From: an uncultured Chitinophagaceae bacterium
Lineage (GTDB): Bacteria > Bacteroidota > Bacteroidia > NS11-12g > UBA9320
Direction of reading: 5' to 3'
Length of the DNA stretch: 45,955 bases
NCBI GenBank assembly: GCA_964482155.1
Contig: CAYZWM010000003.1
Coordinates: 1 to 45,955 of the forward strand
Shown: one piece after another, positions 37,456 through 45,955 of the stretch
How positions within the stretch are numbered: position 1 is the stretch's first letter
Layout of the letters: the number at the start of each line of letters is the position of its first letter
Notes under the pieces: generated by a model
Database searches by the model: none
What the model saw: only the letters and a program-made list of their open reading frames with translations
What the model was told of the DNA's origin: nothing
Made by a program: the position numbers and the translations under genes

Positions 37456-38856
37456 CTAATAAATCTTTACATCACCAATCATATCTTCAGGTTTAACCCA
37501 TTGATCGAACTGCTCTTCAGTCAATAATTTCAGAGCCACGGCTGCTTGTTTTAATGTGGTGTTCTCTGCATGTGCTTTTTTGGCAATCTTGGCTGCATTA
37601 TCGTAGCCGATATGCGTATTTAATGCCGTTACCAACATCAACGAATTGTCTAACTTATTTTTAATCTCTTCGTAATTGGGTTCAATTCCAACCACACAGT
37701 TATCGTTAAAACTCAAACATGCCTGGCCTAATATTCGTGCCGATTGCAATAAGTTCGCTGCAATCATGGGTTTAAACACATTGAGTTCGAAGTGCCCATT
37801 ACTGCCTCCAATAGATACCGCTACATCGTTGCCCATAACCTGTGCGCAAACCATGGTCAATGCCTCGCATTGTGTCGGATTTACCTTTCCAGGCATAATG
37901 CTCGATCCAGGTTCGTTCGATGGTATCGAAATTTCACCTATTCCGCTTCTTGGCCCGCTGCTCAACATTCGTATATCGTTACCAATCTTCATTAAGCTTA
38001 CCGCTGCTCGTTTTAAAGCTCCATGTAATTCGACCATGGCATCGTGGGCAGCAAGTGCTTCAAACTTGTTTACAGCTGTAATAAGAGGTAAAGCCGTTTC
38101 TTTGGCAATCTTCGTAGCTACCAATTCCGAATAGCCTTCCGGTGCATTTAGACCGGTTCCTACAGCTGTTCCACCAAGGGCCAATTCAGACGCTGTTTCC
38201 ATCGCTTTTTCGATGGCCTCTATGCTGAGCACCAACTGTCTGTGGTATCCCGAGAACTCCTGACCTAAGGTAATCGGAGTGGCATCCATAAAATGTGTAC
38301 GGCCGATCTTCACCACGTTTTGAAACGCTCTGGCTTTCTTCTTAAAGGTGTCTTTTAACACCTGAATTCCTGGAAGAACAAAATCAACCATTTGCTGATA
38401 AACAGCAATGGTCATGGCCGTTGGGAATGTATCGTTACTGCTCTGCGACTTATTCACATCGTCATTGGGGTGTAGCACTTTATCTGTGTCCGTAAGTTTA
38501 CCACCCGACAACACATGAGCTCGGTTAGCAATCACTTCATTTACGTTCATGTTGCTCTGCGTACCCGAACCTGTTTGCCATATCACCAACGGAAACTGAT
38601 CATCCAGGCTTCCGCTGATTACTTCGTCGCATACGGCTACGATTAAGTCACATTTATCTTGCGGCAACACACCCAGTTTGGTGTTGGTTTGAGCCGCGCA
38701 TTTTTTAAGGACACCAAATGCATGGATAATTTCAATGGGCATATGTTGATTGCCAATTTTAAAATTCTCCAACGATCGCTGGGTTTGTGCACCCCAATAT
38801 TTGTCAGCAGGAACATTTATTTCTCCAATGCTGTCTTTTTCTTTTCTGTAGTCCAT
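37456..38856 (-). CDS. fumC: Class II fumarate hydratase
   Basis: Signature [16 protein letters not shown], with YWGAQTQRS near the N-terminus. Confidence 0.95.
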   Translation of the reverse strand: MDYRKEKDSIGEINVPADKYWGAQTQRSLENFKIGNQHMPIEIIHAFGVLKKCAAQTNTKLGVLPQDKCDLIVAVCDEVISGSLDDQFPLVIWQTGSGTQSNMNVNEVIANRAHVLSGGKLTDTDKVLHPNDDVNKSQSSNDTFPTAMTIAVYQQMVDFVLPGIQVLKDTFKKKARAFQNVVKIGRTHFMDATPITLGQEFSGYHRQLVLSIEAIEKAMETASELALGGTAVGTGLNAPEGYSELVATKIAKETALPLITAVNKFEALAAHDAMVELHGALKRAAVSLMKIGNDIRMLSSGPRSGIGEISIPSNEPGSSIMPGKVNPTQCEALTMVCAQVMGNDVAVSIGGSNGHFELNVFKPMIAANLLQSARILGQACLSFNDNCVVGIEPNYEEIKNKLDNSLMLVTALNTHIGYDNAAKIAKKAHAENTTLKQAAVALKLLTEEQFDQWVKPEDMIGDVKIY

Positions 38857-38878
38857 GCGTTGTTATTTATGGACTGCA

Positions 38879-38886
38879 AAAATAAG
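38879..38886 (-). promoter_or_regulatory. Bacteroidota -7 promoter element (TATTTTTG, perfect TAnnTTTG) upstream of fumC
   Basis: The reverse complement of caaaaata lies 22 nt upstream of the fumC ATG. Confidence 0.35.
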
Positions 38887-39137
38887 GCAGCATTCGTTTT
38901 AAGTCTAAGCATTATTGAACTAGTTGGTTTTAAAATTGCGTAACGCATTTGCTTTTAGAAGCTTGCAAAACCTTCCAATCGCCCTTTCAAACCATATTTC
39001 AGCCTGTTTAACCTGACACAGTGTTTAGAATTGTGGAACTTTTGACCATCTGGCTTAATAAGAATTTCGCCATAAGGCGGCGTAGTATGTAAAACCGTAA
39101 TACTATTGCGGCAACATATTAGACGCATCCCCTTAAA

Positions 39138-39707
39138 ATGAAATTACTCAAAGCCATCACCGTTATTCTTGCTGTTCTTTTTACGGCAAATTTCTCGTAT
39201 GCACAGTCGCTATCTAAGGCAGAGAAGAAAAAGCTTAAAAAGGAATTGAAACAATATAAAAAGAATCCCGCTTCGTATAAAAAATTGAAGGTTAAGACCA
39301 AAGAAAGTATTGACCAACGCGATGAAACCATTGTAGAACTAACCCAACAACTCGACCAGCAAAATGTAGAACTTCGAACCTTAAGGGATTCGTTTTATTC
39401 TTTAAACCGAAAGTTTGAAAACCTACTCAATTCAGGATCAATGACGATTCCAGAAGGGACGGTATACGCGGTACAAATAGGGTATTTCAAACTGCTTAAA
39501 CTCGATGAATTTAATAAACGAATTCGAACCGTAAGAGCCGAAAATCAAGAGGGTGGAAAACGGTATGTAATTGGTTATTTCACGAGTCTTGATCAGGCCA
39601 TCGATTTTGGCGATGAAATTAAGACTATCGGTATTGATGACGCTTTTGTGTCCCAATATATCGATGGTGTTCGAAACATGACATTCGACGCTCAGGAGGC
39701 CAAGTAA
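39138..39707 (+). CDS. Secreted coiled-coil protein with a C-terminal SPOR-like domain
   Basis: Signal ending FSYAQ. A Lys-rich coiled-coil, then YAVQIGYFK...RYVIGYFTSLDQAIDFGDEIKTIGIDDAFV, which resembles a SPOR peptidoglycan-binding fold. Confidence 0.6.
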   Translation: MKLLKAITVILAVLFTANFSYAQSLSKAEKKKLKKELKQYKKNPASYKKLKVKTKESIDQRDETIVELTQQLDQQNVELRTLRDSFYSLNRKFENLLNSGSMTIPEGTVYAVQIGYFKLLKLDEFNKRIRTVRAENQEGGKRYVIGYFTSLDQAIDFGDEIKTIGIDDAFVSQYIDGVRNMTFDAQEAK

Positions 39708-39780
39708 ATCTCTTTTATTCCTCCAACAATTTAGTTGAGTTTTTAATTCCCCTTCGTGTGTTCGGTTTTACCGAATAGCG

Positions 39781-39788
39781 TATCTTTG
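39781..39788 (+). promoter_or_regulatory. Bacteroidota -7 promoter element (TATCTTTG, perfect TAnnTTTG) upstream of the ccm operon
   Basis: Lies 10 nt upstream of the ATG at 39798, which would imply a very short leader. Confidence 0.3.
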
Positions 39789-39797
39789 CGCACCGAA

Positions 39798-40868
39798 ATG
39801 AAAGGGTTTAAATCATATTGGTGGAAAGCACTGGGTGTATGCCTGGTTTTAGCTACAATCCACCTTGGCACCAGCACTGAAGTTGGACCGGGCATCGTGC
39901 GAATTTCTCCTGACGCGGTCTACGCTAACGAAGATTTTCAGCTTGAAATTGAGGGGTACAACACTCATTTTAGTCATGCTGATGTCAAATCAAACGAACT
40001 CCATGTTTGGTATAAGGTCTTAGGCAAACTCCAAAAAGCCTCTTCCGTTGAAATTATTGATGATAATTACCTGCTGGTAAATTTCAGCGGCGTCGAATTA
40101 CAAACAGATTCTGGGCTGGTACGAAGTGCAACCCTCGTAATAGAAGACAAACATCACGGATTGTTTCTTGGCTCCCAAATGCTTAAAATACGCTTTAAGC
40201 CAAACCTTCTGAGTACAGTCGACAGTTTACAGGACGCAGAAATTTTACCACAAAAACTAGAACAAGCCTATTATAGTTTCCCATATCGATACCTTCTTTA
40301 CGAAACCATTCGAAACCTGAATTTCCATGTTCCGATGTGGTTTACGATGATGGTGCTGCTTTTTATCTCTTTTGTTTTCAGCATAATGCACCTCAATAAA
40401 GGCCAAAAAGCACACGACATATGGGCGAATGCCTTTGCGAAAGTTGGATTGCTATTTGGTATTATGGGAATTGCCACTGGAATGTTTTGGGCTAATTATG
40501 CCTGGGGAACACCCTGGACCAAGGACCCAAAGCTCAATGGAGCTGCAGTAGCTGTGTTGATGTATATCGCCTACCAAATTCTACGAGGTTCCATAGACGA
40601 TGAAGACAAGGTATCCCGAATATCTGCTGTATACAATGTTTTTGCATACCCTATTTTCATTGTTCTAATTATAGTACTACCAAAACTCGCTGATTCTTCA
40701 TTACACCCTGGCTCAGGAGATAGTGTAGGCTTTGGCAAATATGATTTGGACAACAATTTGCGCGCCGTATTCTACCCCGCTGTTTTGGGTTGGATTCTTA
40801 TTGGCGTTTGGGTAAGCCAATTAACTGGAAGAATTGACACGGTGATAAAAAATAAAGAATGGAATTAA
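39798..40868 (+). CDS. ccmC: CcmC/CcsA-family haem-handling membrane protein with an N-terminal ~170-aa extracytoplasmic extension
   Basis: Trp-rich motif WANYAWGTPWTKDPKLNG and conserved FHVPMWF. An N-terminal anchor is followed by a beta-rich soluble segment (IVRISPDAVYANEDFQLEIEGYN...). Confidence 0.78.
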   Translation: MKGFKSYWWKALGVCLVLATIHLGTSTEVGPGIVRISPDAVYANEDFQLEIEGYNTHFSHADVKSNELHVWYKVLGKLQKASSVEIIDDNYLLVNFSGVELQTDSGLVRSATLVIEDKHHGLFLGSQMLKIRFKPNLLSTVDSLQDAEILPQKLEQAYYSFPYRYLLYETIRNLNFHVPMWFTMMVLLFISFVFSIMHLNKGQKAHDIWANAFAKVGLLFGIMGIATGMFWANYAWGTPWTKDPKLNGAAVAVLMYIAYQILRGSIDDEDKVSRISAVYNVFAYPIFIVLIIVLPKLADSSLHPGSGDSVGFGKYDLDNNLRAVFYPAVLGWILIGVWVSQLTGRIDTVIKNKEWN

Positions 40869-41077
40869 TTAAAAAACTAGGACTGAGTTTAGGCTTACTG
40901 GTGATCTCGTTATTTACATACGCTGATGTTACCGAAAGTAGAGATTTTTTCCTTCGGTCGGGTAAGTACAACGTGGTAGTTGCCGTCCTGGTCATCATTT
41001 TTTTATTTCTGTTTGTTTATCTTTTTAGACTAGACAAAAAAGTATCTGACATAGAAAAAGAGGAAAATGAAAAGTAA
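40859..41077 (+). CDS. ccmD: CcmD family protein (Bacteroidota type)
   Basis: 72 aa. The C-terminal TM helix NVVVAVLVIIFLFLFVYLF is followed by a charged tail. It overlaps both neighbours (10 nt and 11 nt). Confidence 0.6.
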   Translation: MELIKKLGLSLGLLVISLFTYADVTESRDFFLRSGKYNVVVAVLVIIFLFLFVYLFRLDKKVSDIEKEENEK

Positions 41078-41453
41078 ACACATCGTTATTCTCGTGCTTA
41101 TTGCCGTAAGTATTTCTGCAATATTGGCCACGTATGGAGATTCCAGCACAACGGTTAATTTTAAAGAAGCCGCAATGCAGCCGGACAAAAGTTTTCATGT
41201 AAAGACATCTCTTGTCAAGGAAAGAGAAGTTGAATATGATCCGACAATCGATCCAGAGAAATTCGTTTTTTACGGAATGGATGACGCTGGTGAAATCAGA
41301 CGGATTATCTGCTTAAAAGAAAAACCGTTCGATTTTGAACGGGCAGAAGAAATTAAACTCATAGGCCACGTTAGCGGAGATAACGAGTTCATTGCAACTG
41401 ACTTCCAAACCAAATGCCCAAGTAAGTACGAAAACGAAGTACAAGACATCTAA
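41067..41453 (+). CDS. ccmE: Cytochrome c maturation haem chaperone CcmE, CxxxY variant
   Basis: N-terminal anchor and an OB-fold-sized body. The C-terminal FIATDFQTKCPSKYENE sits where canonical CcmE has ...KHDENY. Confidence 0.8.
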   Translation: MKSKHIVILVLIAVSISAILATYGDSSTTVNFKEAAMQPDKSFHVKTSLVKEREVEYDPTIDPEKFVFYGMDDAGEIRRIICLKEKPFDFERAEEIKLIGHVSGDNEFIATDFQTKCPSKYENEVQDI

Positions 41454-41462
41454 TTTATCTTA

Positions 41463-44084
41463 ATGGATCTTATCAAATTTAATGGTGAACATTTGTTGGC
41501 TGGAAATCTCGGCCAACTGTTTGTCGTTTTTAGTTTTGTTACCGCACTGTTGGGTGCGTTCTTATTTGCAAAACATACCAAATCCCAAAAAGCCATTGAC
41601 AAGCGCGTAGCGCAAACCGTTTTTGGAATACACTTTGCCAGTGTACTGGCCATTATTGCCACACTTTTCTATATCATTTACAATCACCATTTCGAATACC
41701 AATACGCCTGGCAACATTCCTCTCTGGCACTGCCAACCCGCTATATGATCAGTTGTTTCTGGGAAGGCCAGGAAGGCAGTTTTTTGCTCTGGTTATTCTG
41801 GGAAGCTGTTTTGGGAATGTTTCTGGTTTTAAAACCCTCCACCTGGCAAAGTCCGGTTATGGCAGTAATTCTATTGTCGCAAGCGGTATTGGCCTCCATG
41901 CTTCTAGGCATTGAAATCCCAATATTGGGTGATTTTAAGTTTGGAAGCAGTCCATTTATTCTTTTGCGGGAAGCCGACCCTTCTGTTCTTGAAATCCCGG
42001 TTTTAGCACTACGAGGTATCGCCCAGGCTGATTATCTTCAGGTTATTACCGACGGTACTGGACTCAATCCGTTGTTACAGAATTACTGGATGGTTATACA
42101 TCCACCAACCTTGTTTTTTGGTTTTGCAACGACCATCATTCCGTTCGCCTATGCCATAGCAGGTTTGTGGACCAAACGATACAAGGAATGGATGAAACCA
42201 GCTCTACCCTGGGCGTTGATATCGGTTATGGTTCTTGGAACCGGCATAATAATGGGTGGTGTTTGGGCATACGAAAGCCTAAGTTTTGGCGGTTACTGGG
42301 CATGGGATCCTGTCGAAAACGCATCCCTAATCCCCTGGATTGTCCTTATCGCTGGTGTACACGTGATGATTATCAATCGCATTACCGGTTCATCCCTCAT
42401 ACTTTCTTATTTACTCATTTTAGGTACGTTTATCCTGGTTCTATATGCCACATTCTTAACACGGAGTGGGGTATTGGGCGATACATCAGTTCACTCCTTT
42501 ACGGACCTTGGACTTTCCAGGCAACTCCTGGTTTTCCTCCTGATGTTTGTGTTGCTACCGGTGGTCGTTTCGTTTAAACAGGTGAAAGCGCGCTGGATGT
42601 ATTTTGGGCTGATGATGGCCATCTTAATCATCAATATACTGGCTGGCAACTTTATCGTTTGGCTAAACATCTTGTTCCTCGTTGGGTCTTTTATTGGATT
42701 GATTAAAAACCTAAGTACCAATTTACCGCTTAGCACCCGGGAAGAAAGTGTGTACAGTCGGGAGTTTTGGATGTTTGTGGGTTCTTTGGTCTTACTGCTT
42801 TCTGCCATTCAGATTCTTAGTACGACCAGTATTCCTGTAATGAACAAGGTTACATCGGCTTTATCGTGGATGTTCTTGCCACTGCACAACCTAACTGGCG
42901 CTGAAGTCTTCAAAAATATGGCTGAGGGCAACATAGCCCAACCTATTGAAATTATAAAACACTACAACGGTTGGCAATTACCCATTGCTGTAATCATAGG
43001 CTTGTTAACTGGGATTGGTCAATTTTTTGGATATAAGAAATCAAGTAAGCGCAATGTGCTTAAGAATCTTACCATTATTGCCCTTTCAGCGTTCGCTATA
43101 ACGGCACTGGGCATGCTGATTTTCAAACTGTCTTTTAGCGATGGATTCTTATATATCCTGTTCTTGTTTACCAGCACGTTTGCTATAGTTGGTAACATCT
43201 GGTTTATCATTCGTGCTTTACGTTTAAAATGGAGCCTTTCTGGCGCATCTTTAGCCCATATGGGCTTTGGATTAATGATGGTTGGTGTTCTGGTTAGTTC
43301 TGCCAAAAAACAAGTCATTTCCCAAAACACACGGTATTCATACGGTGAAAACTTCGATGCCAATGAAAATCGCGAAAACATATTGTTGGTCAAAGATGAA
43401 CCCTACCAGATGGCTGAATATTTGGTAACGTATAAGGGCGACACCGCGGAAGGACCAAACACCTACTACGAAGTGCACTATCAAGATACCATAACTGGAG
43501 ATGAATTTTCTCTGTATCCAAATGCTCAGTACAGTCCTGAACAAGGCTTAATGCCTAATCCGGATACAAGGCACTACATCACCCGAGACATTTACACCCA
43601 TGTTTCCCTGGTTCCCAAATCATCTGCAGAAGAATGGGAAGACGACGGAGAACATCAAATGCAAATTGGAGACACGATGATGGTGAACCAGGCCATGGTT
43701 ATTTTGGATACGGTAACAGTTGCTCTTGGTGATACGATCAGCCGTCAGTTAAGCGGACACCAATTGCACATTGCTGAACTCAGGGTTATTTCTGGTGACA
43801 GTATCGTAACTGCACGCCCGGTTTTTGGAGTTAAAGACAACATTAACTATTATAATATTTTCTCAGTAGCAGAAAAGGCTCAGGTGCGTTTCAATTATAC
43901 CCCTAAGGAAGTGGATGGTGAAATCGTCCATATGATTGAGGCATCTGTAAAACCGCAGCGTTACATTGTGATGAAGGCCATTATGTTTCCATACATCAAT
44001 CTGTTGTGGACAGGAACCTTGGTGATGTTATTGGGTTTTGCCATGGCCATACGTAGACGGTTAAAGGAAAACAAGAGAAAGTGA
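41463..44084 (+). CDS. ccmF: Cytochrome c haem lyase subunit CcmF (long form)
   Basis: WWD domain GGVWAYESLSFGGYWAWDPVENASLIPW. Many TM helices and a ~220-aa C-terminal periplasmic extension. Confidence 0.9.
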   Translation: MDLIKFNGEHLLAGNLGQLFVVFSFVTALLGAFLFAKHTKSQKAIDKRVAQTVFGIHFASVLAIIATLFYIIYNHHFEYQYAWQHSSLALPTRYMISCFWEGQEGSFLLWLFWEAVLGMFLVLKPSTWQSPVMAVILLSQAVLASMLLGIEIPILGDFKFGSSPFILLREADPSVLEIPVLALRGIAQADYLQVITDGTGLNPLLQNYWMVIHPPTLFFGFATTIIPFAYAIAGLWTKRYKEWMKPALPWALISVMVLGTGIIMGGVWAYESLSFGGYWAWDPVENASLIPWIVLIAGVHVMIINRITGSSLILSYLLILGTFILVLYATFLTRSGVLGDTSVHSFTDLGLSRQLLVFLLMFVLLPVVVSFKQVKARWMYFGLMMAILIINILAGNFIVWLNILFLVGSFIGLIKNLSTNLPLSTREESVYSREFWMFVGSLVLLLSAIQILSTTSIPVMNKVTSALSWMFLPLHNLTGAEVFKNMAEGNIAQPIEIIKHYNGWQLPIAVIIGLLTGIGQFFGYKKSSKRNVLKNLTIIALSAFAITALGMLIFKLSFSDGFLYILFLFTSTFAIVGNIWFIIRALRLKWSLSGASLAHMGFGLMMVGVLVSSAKKQVISQNTRYSYGENFDANENRENILLVKDEPYQMAEYLVTYKGDTAEGPNTYYEVHYQDTITGDEFSLYPNAQYSPEQGLMPNPDTRHYITRDIYTHVSLVPKSSAEEWEDDGEHQMQIGDTMMVNQAMVILDTVTVALGDTISRQLSGHQLHIAELRVISGDSIVTARPVFGVKDNINYYNIFSVAEKAQVRFNYTPKEVDGEIVHMIEASVKPQRYIVMKAIMFPYINLLWTGTLVMLLGFAMAIRRRLKENKRK

Positions 44085-44848
44085 AACTCAAACTAGGATT
44101 TATTGGCTCGGGAAATGTCGCATGGCATTTGTCTCATGCCTTAGATTCTGCGGGACACACGATAAGCCAAATCATCAGTCGAAACGAAGCTCACGCAAAG
44201 ACTCTTGCTGAACGATTCGATGCGTTCTATTCAGACAAACTACACACATTCGATGTCAATCTGGACGTATGTATTATCTGCGTTTCGGATGATCAAATAT
44301 CCGAAGTAGTTAATCAATTGCCTGCGTCGGAATGCATCATCACGCATACCTGTGGATCGCAATCCATCGACATATTAAAAGACTCTTCACCAAACATTGG
44401 CGTCTTTTACCCCTTACAAAGTTTTTCAAAAGAAAAAGACGTGGACATGTTATCTGTCCCATTTCTTCTGGAAGCCTCGAACAGCCAAACCTCGGACACA
44501 CTTTGGAACCTGGCTAATTCTATTGCCAATAAAATTACGAACGCCGACTCAACAACCCGATTAAAGTATCATCTAGCGGCGGTTTTGGTCAATAATTTTG
44601 CGAACCATTTATTTCATGAAGCATCGAACTATTTGGAGGCCAATGACCTTGATTTTGATGTATTAAAGCCCATCATCTTAGAAACCGCATCAAAGGTCCA
44701 AAAACTCTCTCCAGAAGCTGCTCAAACGGGTCCCGCAAAACGAGGCGATATGGATACGATTGAAAAACATCGAAATCTAATAACGTCTAACCCTGATCTT
44801 GCCAAACTGTACAATTTTTTAACCAATCGGTTAGGACAGTTTGATTAG
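44081..44848 (+). CDS. Rossmann-fold NAD(P)-binding protein with a DUF2520 C-terminal domain
   Basis: The N-terminal KLGFIGSGNVAWHLSHAL is a dinucleotide-binding motif. The GTG start overlaps the ccmF stop (GTGA). Confidence 0.72.
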   Translation: MKLKLGFIGSGNVAWHLSHALDSAGHTISQIISRNEAHAKTLAERFDAFYSDKLHTFDVNLDVCIICVSDDQISEVVNQLPASECIITHTCGSQSIDILKDSSPNIGVFYPLQSFSKEKDVDMLSVPFLLEASNSQTSDTLWNLANSIANKITNADSTTRLKYHLAAVLVNNFANHLFHEASNYLEANDLDFDVLKPIILETASKVQKLSPEAAQTGPAKRGDMDTIEKHRNLITSNPDLAKLYNFLTNRLGQFD

Positions 44849-44985
44849 ACACCGTGCTGTTCATTGAACACATCTGCTCAATATTTAACACAATATTCGA
44901 ACCAAATTAACCTATCTACCTGATTTATAGTACTTTAAAAACAAGGCACTCCTATTGCTTCTATTTAACAACCAAGATTGTTAAT

Positions 44986-45774
44986 ATGAAGTTACCATCC
45001 CTAATCGTCGTTTTATTTTTACTTTACCCTGGTTTTTCTTACGGTCAAATTATTAGCCAAATTAAAACCGAATCTAACAACCACGTCTCCTCCTCTTCAT
45101 CCTCATCAGGAAGCTCGTCATCTTCGAGTTCATCTAACGATGATTATTCTACTTCAGAAGATTACTCAACTGAAACCTATTACAACGAACCCGCATACAT
45201 TCCTCCAACAAATAATACCAATTTCTACCCTGACTTTAGACCCTATCGAAAGCCACGTGATCCGAATCGCAAATACAATTACCTGAGCCTTATGTATAGA
45301 AAAACCGTTGATTCACGTAAGGTAATTGTCTCGGTTCCTGAAATGCAAATTAATCTAAGCGGGTACTACATTGGTCTGCGAGTGAACAAACTTTTTGAGC
45401 CTCGAGCGCGTGAAGATGATGACTATACAACCGTTGATTTGCAATTCCTTGGTTTTCAAACCAATCCCGAGGGTACTGCCGTTTTCAACCTATCAACGGG
45501 TATCCTTTCGGAATCCTATTCGCATAAAACCTATATGGAATCTGTGGCTGGCCTCAAGGTCAAACTTGGCAATAAACTCCTCATTTTTGGTGAAGGAAGG
45601 TTTTGCCAGAACAAGGGAATTCGGATCCGAACTGAGGGCACATTGGGGGTAGACTACACCGTTGTAACAACCGATTGGGTAGCGATTGCGGCTAACGCAT
45701 TTTTCACCTCAGCACTTTACTATGAGAAAGTACCTATTGAGGGATTTGGCTTGGGATTTTCTGTACGTTTTTAA
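44986..45774 (+). CDS. Secreted protein with a poly-Ser tract and a beta-barrel-like C-terminal half ending in Phe
   Basis: Signal LLYPGFSYGQ, tract SSSSSSGSSSSSSSS, alternating-hydrophobic strands and a terminal GFSVRF. Confidence 0.6.
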   Translation: MKLPSLIVVLFLLYPGFSYGQIISQIKTESNNHVSSSSSSSGSSSSSSSSNDDYSTSEDYSTETYYNEPAYIPPTNNTNFYPDFRPYRKPRDPNRKYNYLSLMYRKTVDSRKVIVSVPEMQINLSGYYIGLRVNKLFEPRAREDDDYTTVDLQFLGFQTNPEGTAVFNLSTGILSESYSHKTYMESVAGLKVKLGNKLLIFGEGRFCQNKGIRIRTEGTLGVDYTVVTTDWVAIAANAFFTSALYYEKVPIEGFGLGFSVRF

Positions 45775-45793
45775 CATCAAATTATTCATAACA

Positions 45794-45955
45794 TTGAACT
45801 ATTCACTGACTACATCGCTCTTGATTCTTTCAATATTTGCACCCGCACTGGCCTTCTGTCAACAAGAAGAAGCACATGTCTATGCCGACTCGATATACGG
45901 CTATGAGGATGTAGACCGGAAAACCAGATATGTCACTCTCGGCTATCGCCAATCT
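45794..45955 (+). CDS. Possible start of a further secreted protein (3' end outside the window)
   Basis: The frame is open from the TTG at 45794 to the window end. It reads LNYSLTTSLLILSIFAPALAFCQQ, which is signal-peptide-like. It is too short to judge. Confidence 0.3.
   Translation, partial: MNYSLTTSLLILSIFAPALAFCQQEEAHVYADSIYGYEDVDRKTRYVTLGYRQS

Noticed and set aside
867-39797. N-terminal extensions proposed by the ORF track at 867, 1994, 10279, 16209, 21363, 27178, 28031, 28428, 36469 and 39756.
   Set aside because: In each case an internal ATG gives a normal signal peptide or family-typical N-terminus and removes the overlap with the upstream gene. I adjusted the starts accordingly. 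They remain unverified.
44858-44870. Palindrome TGTTCA-T-TGAACA immediately after the DUF2520 gene.
   Set aside because: The loop is too short and there is no T-run, so it does not look like an intrinsic terminator. As a single occurrence, it cannot be supported as an operator.
1-45955. CRISPR arrays, tRNA/rRNA genes, transposases, integrases or prophage genes.
   Set aside because: I found no regularly spaced direct repeats. No intergenic region is larger than ~320 nt, and none contains cloverleaf-like sequence. No ORF has recognisable recombinase or phage motifs. A by-eye scan cannot exclude small ncRNAs.

Overview
This is a densely packed chromosomal segment, almost certainly from a Bacteroidota genome. 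The evidence for that phylum is T9SS type A and type B C-terminal sorting domains, IPExxxVDY, DUF2480 and CcmD-type families, TAnnTTTG-like promoter boxes, and the absence of Shine-Dalgarno sequences. I found no rRNA, tRNA, CRISPR array, transposase or integrase.

Housekeeping genes:
- acpP-fabF-rnc, pyk, fumC, tsaD with divergent tamB, crcB and rmuC.
- A translationally coupled cytochrome c maturation operon (ccmC-like, ccmD, ccmE, ccmF, then a DUF2520 gene).

Accessory-looking parts:
1. 8.3-15.5 kb holds a Fic protein, a Crp/Fnr regulator with a perfect FNR-type box in front of a DinB-family gene, and a two-gene operon of divergent paralogous secreted proteins. Each of these two proteins keeps a single C-terminal CXXCH haem c motif, and I cannot assign either to a named family.
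2. 29.7-37.4 kb holds a 1430-aa T9SS adhesin-like protein. Next to it is a stand-alone duplicate of its last ~336 residues, then a tandem array of propeller-like lipoprotein genes with a relic third copy.

The CcmE carries C-P-S-K-Y where the canonical haem-binding His motif normally sits. The best candidate for an undescribed system is the CXXCH pair at 12079-15057. This call rests on motif-level reading only and needs profile and structure searches.
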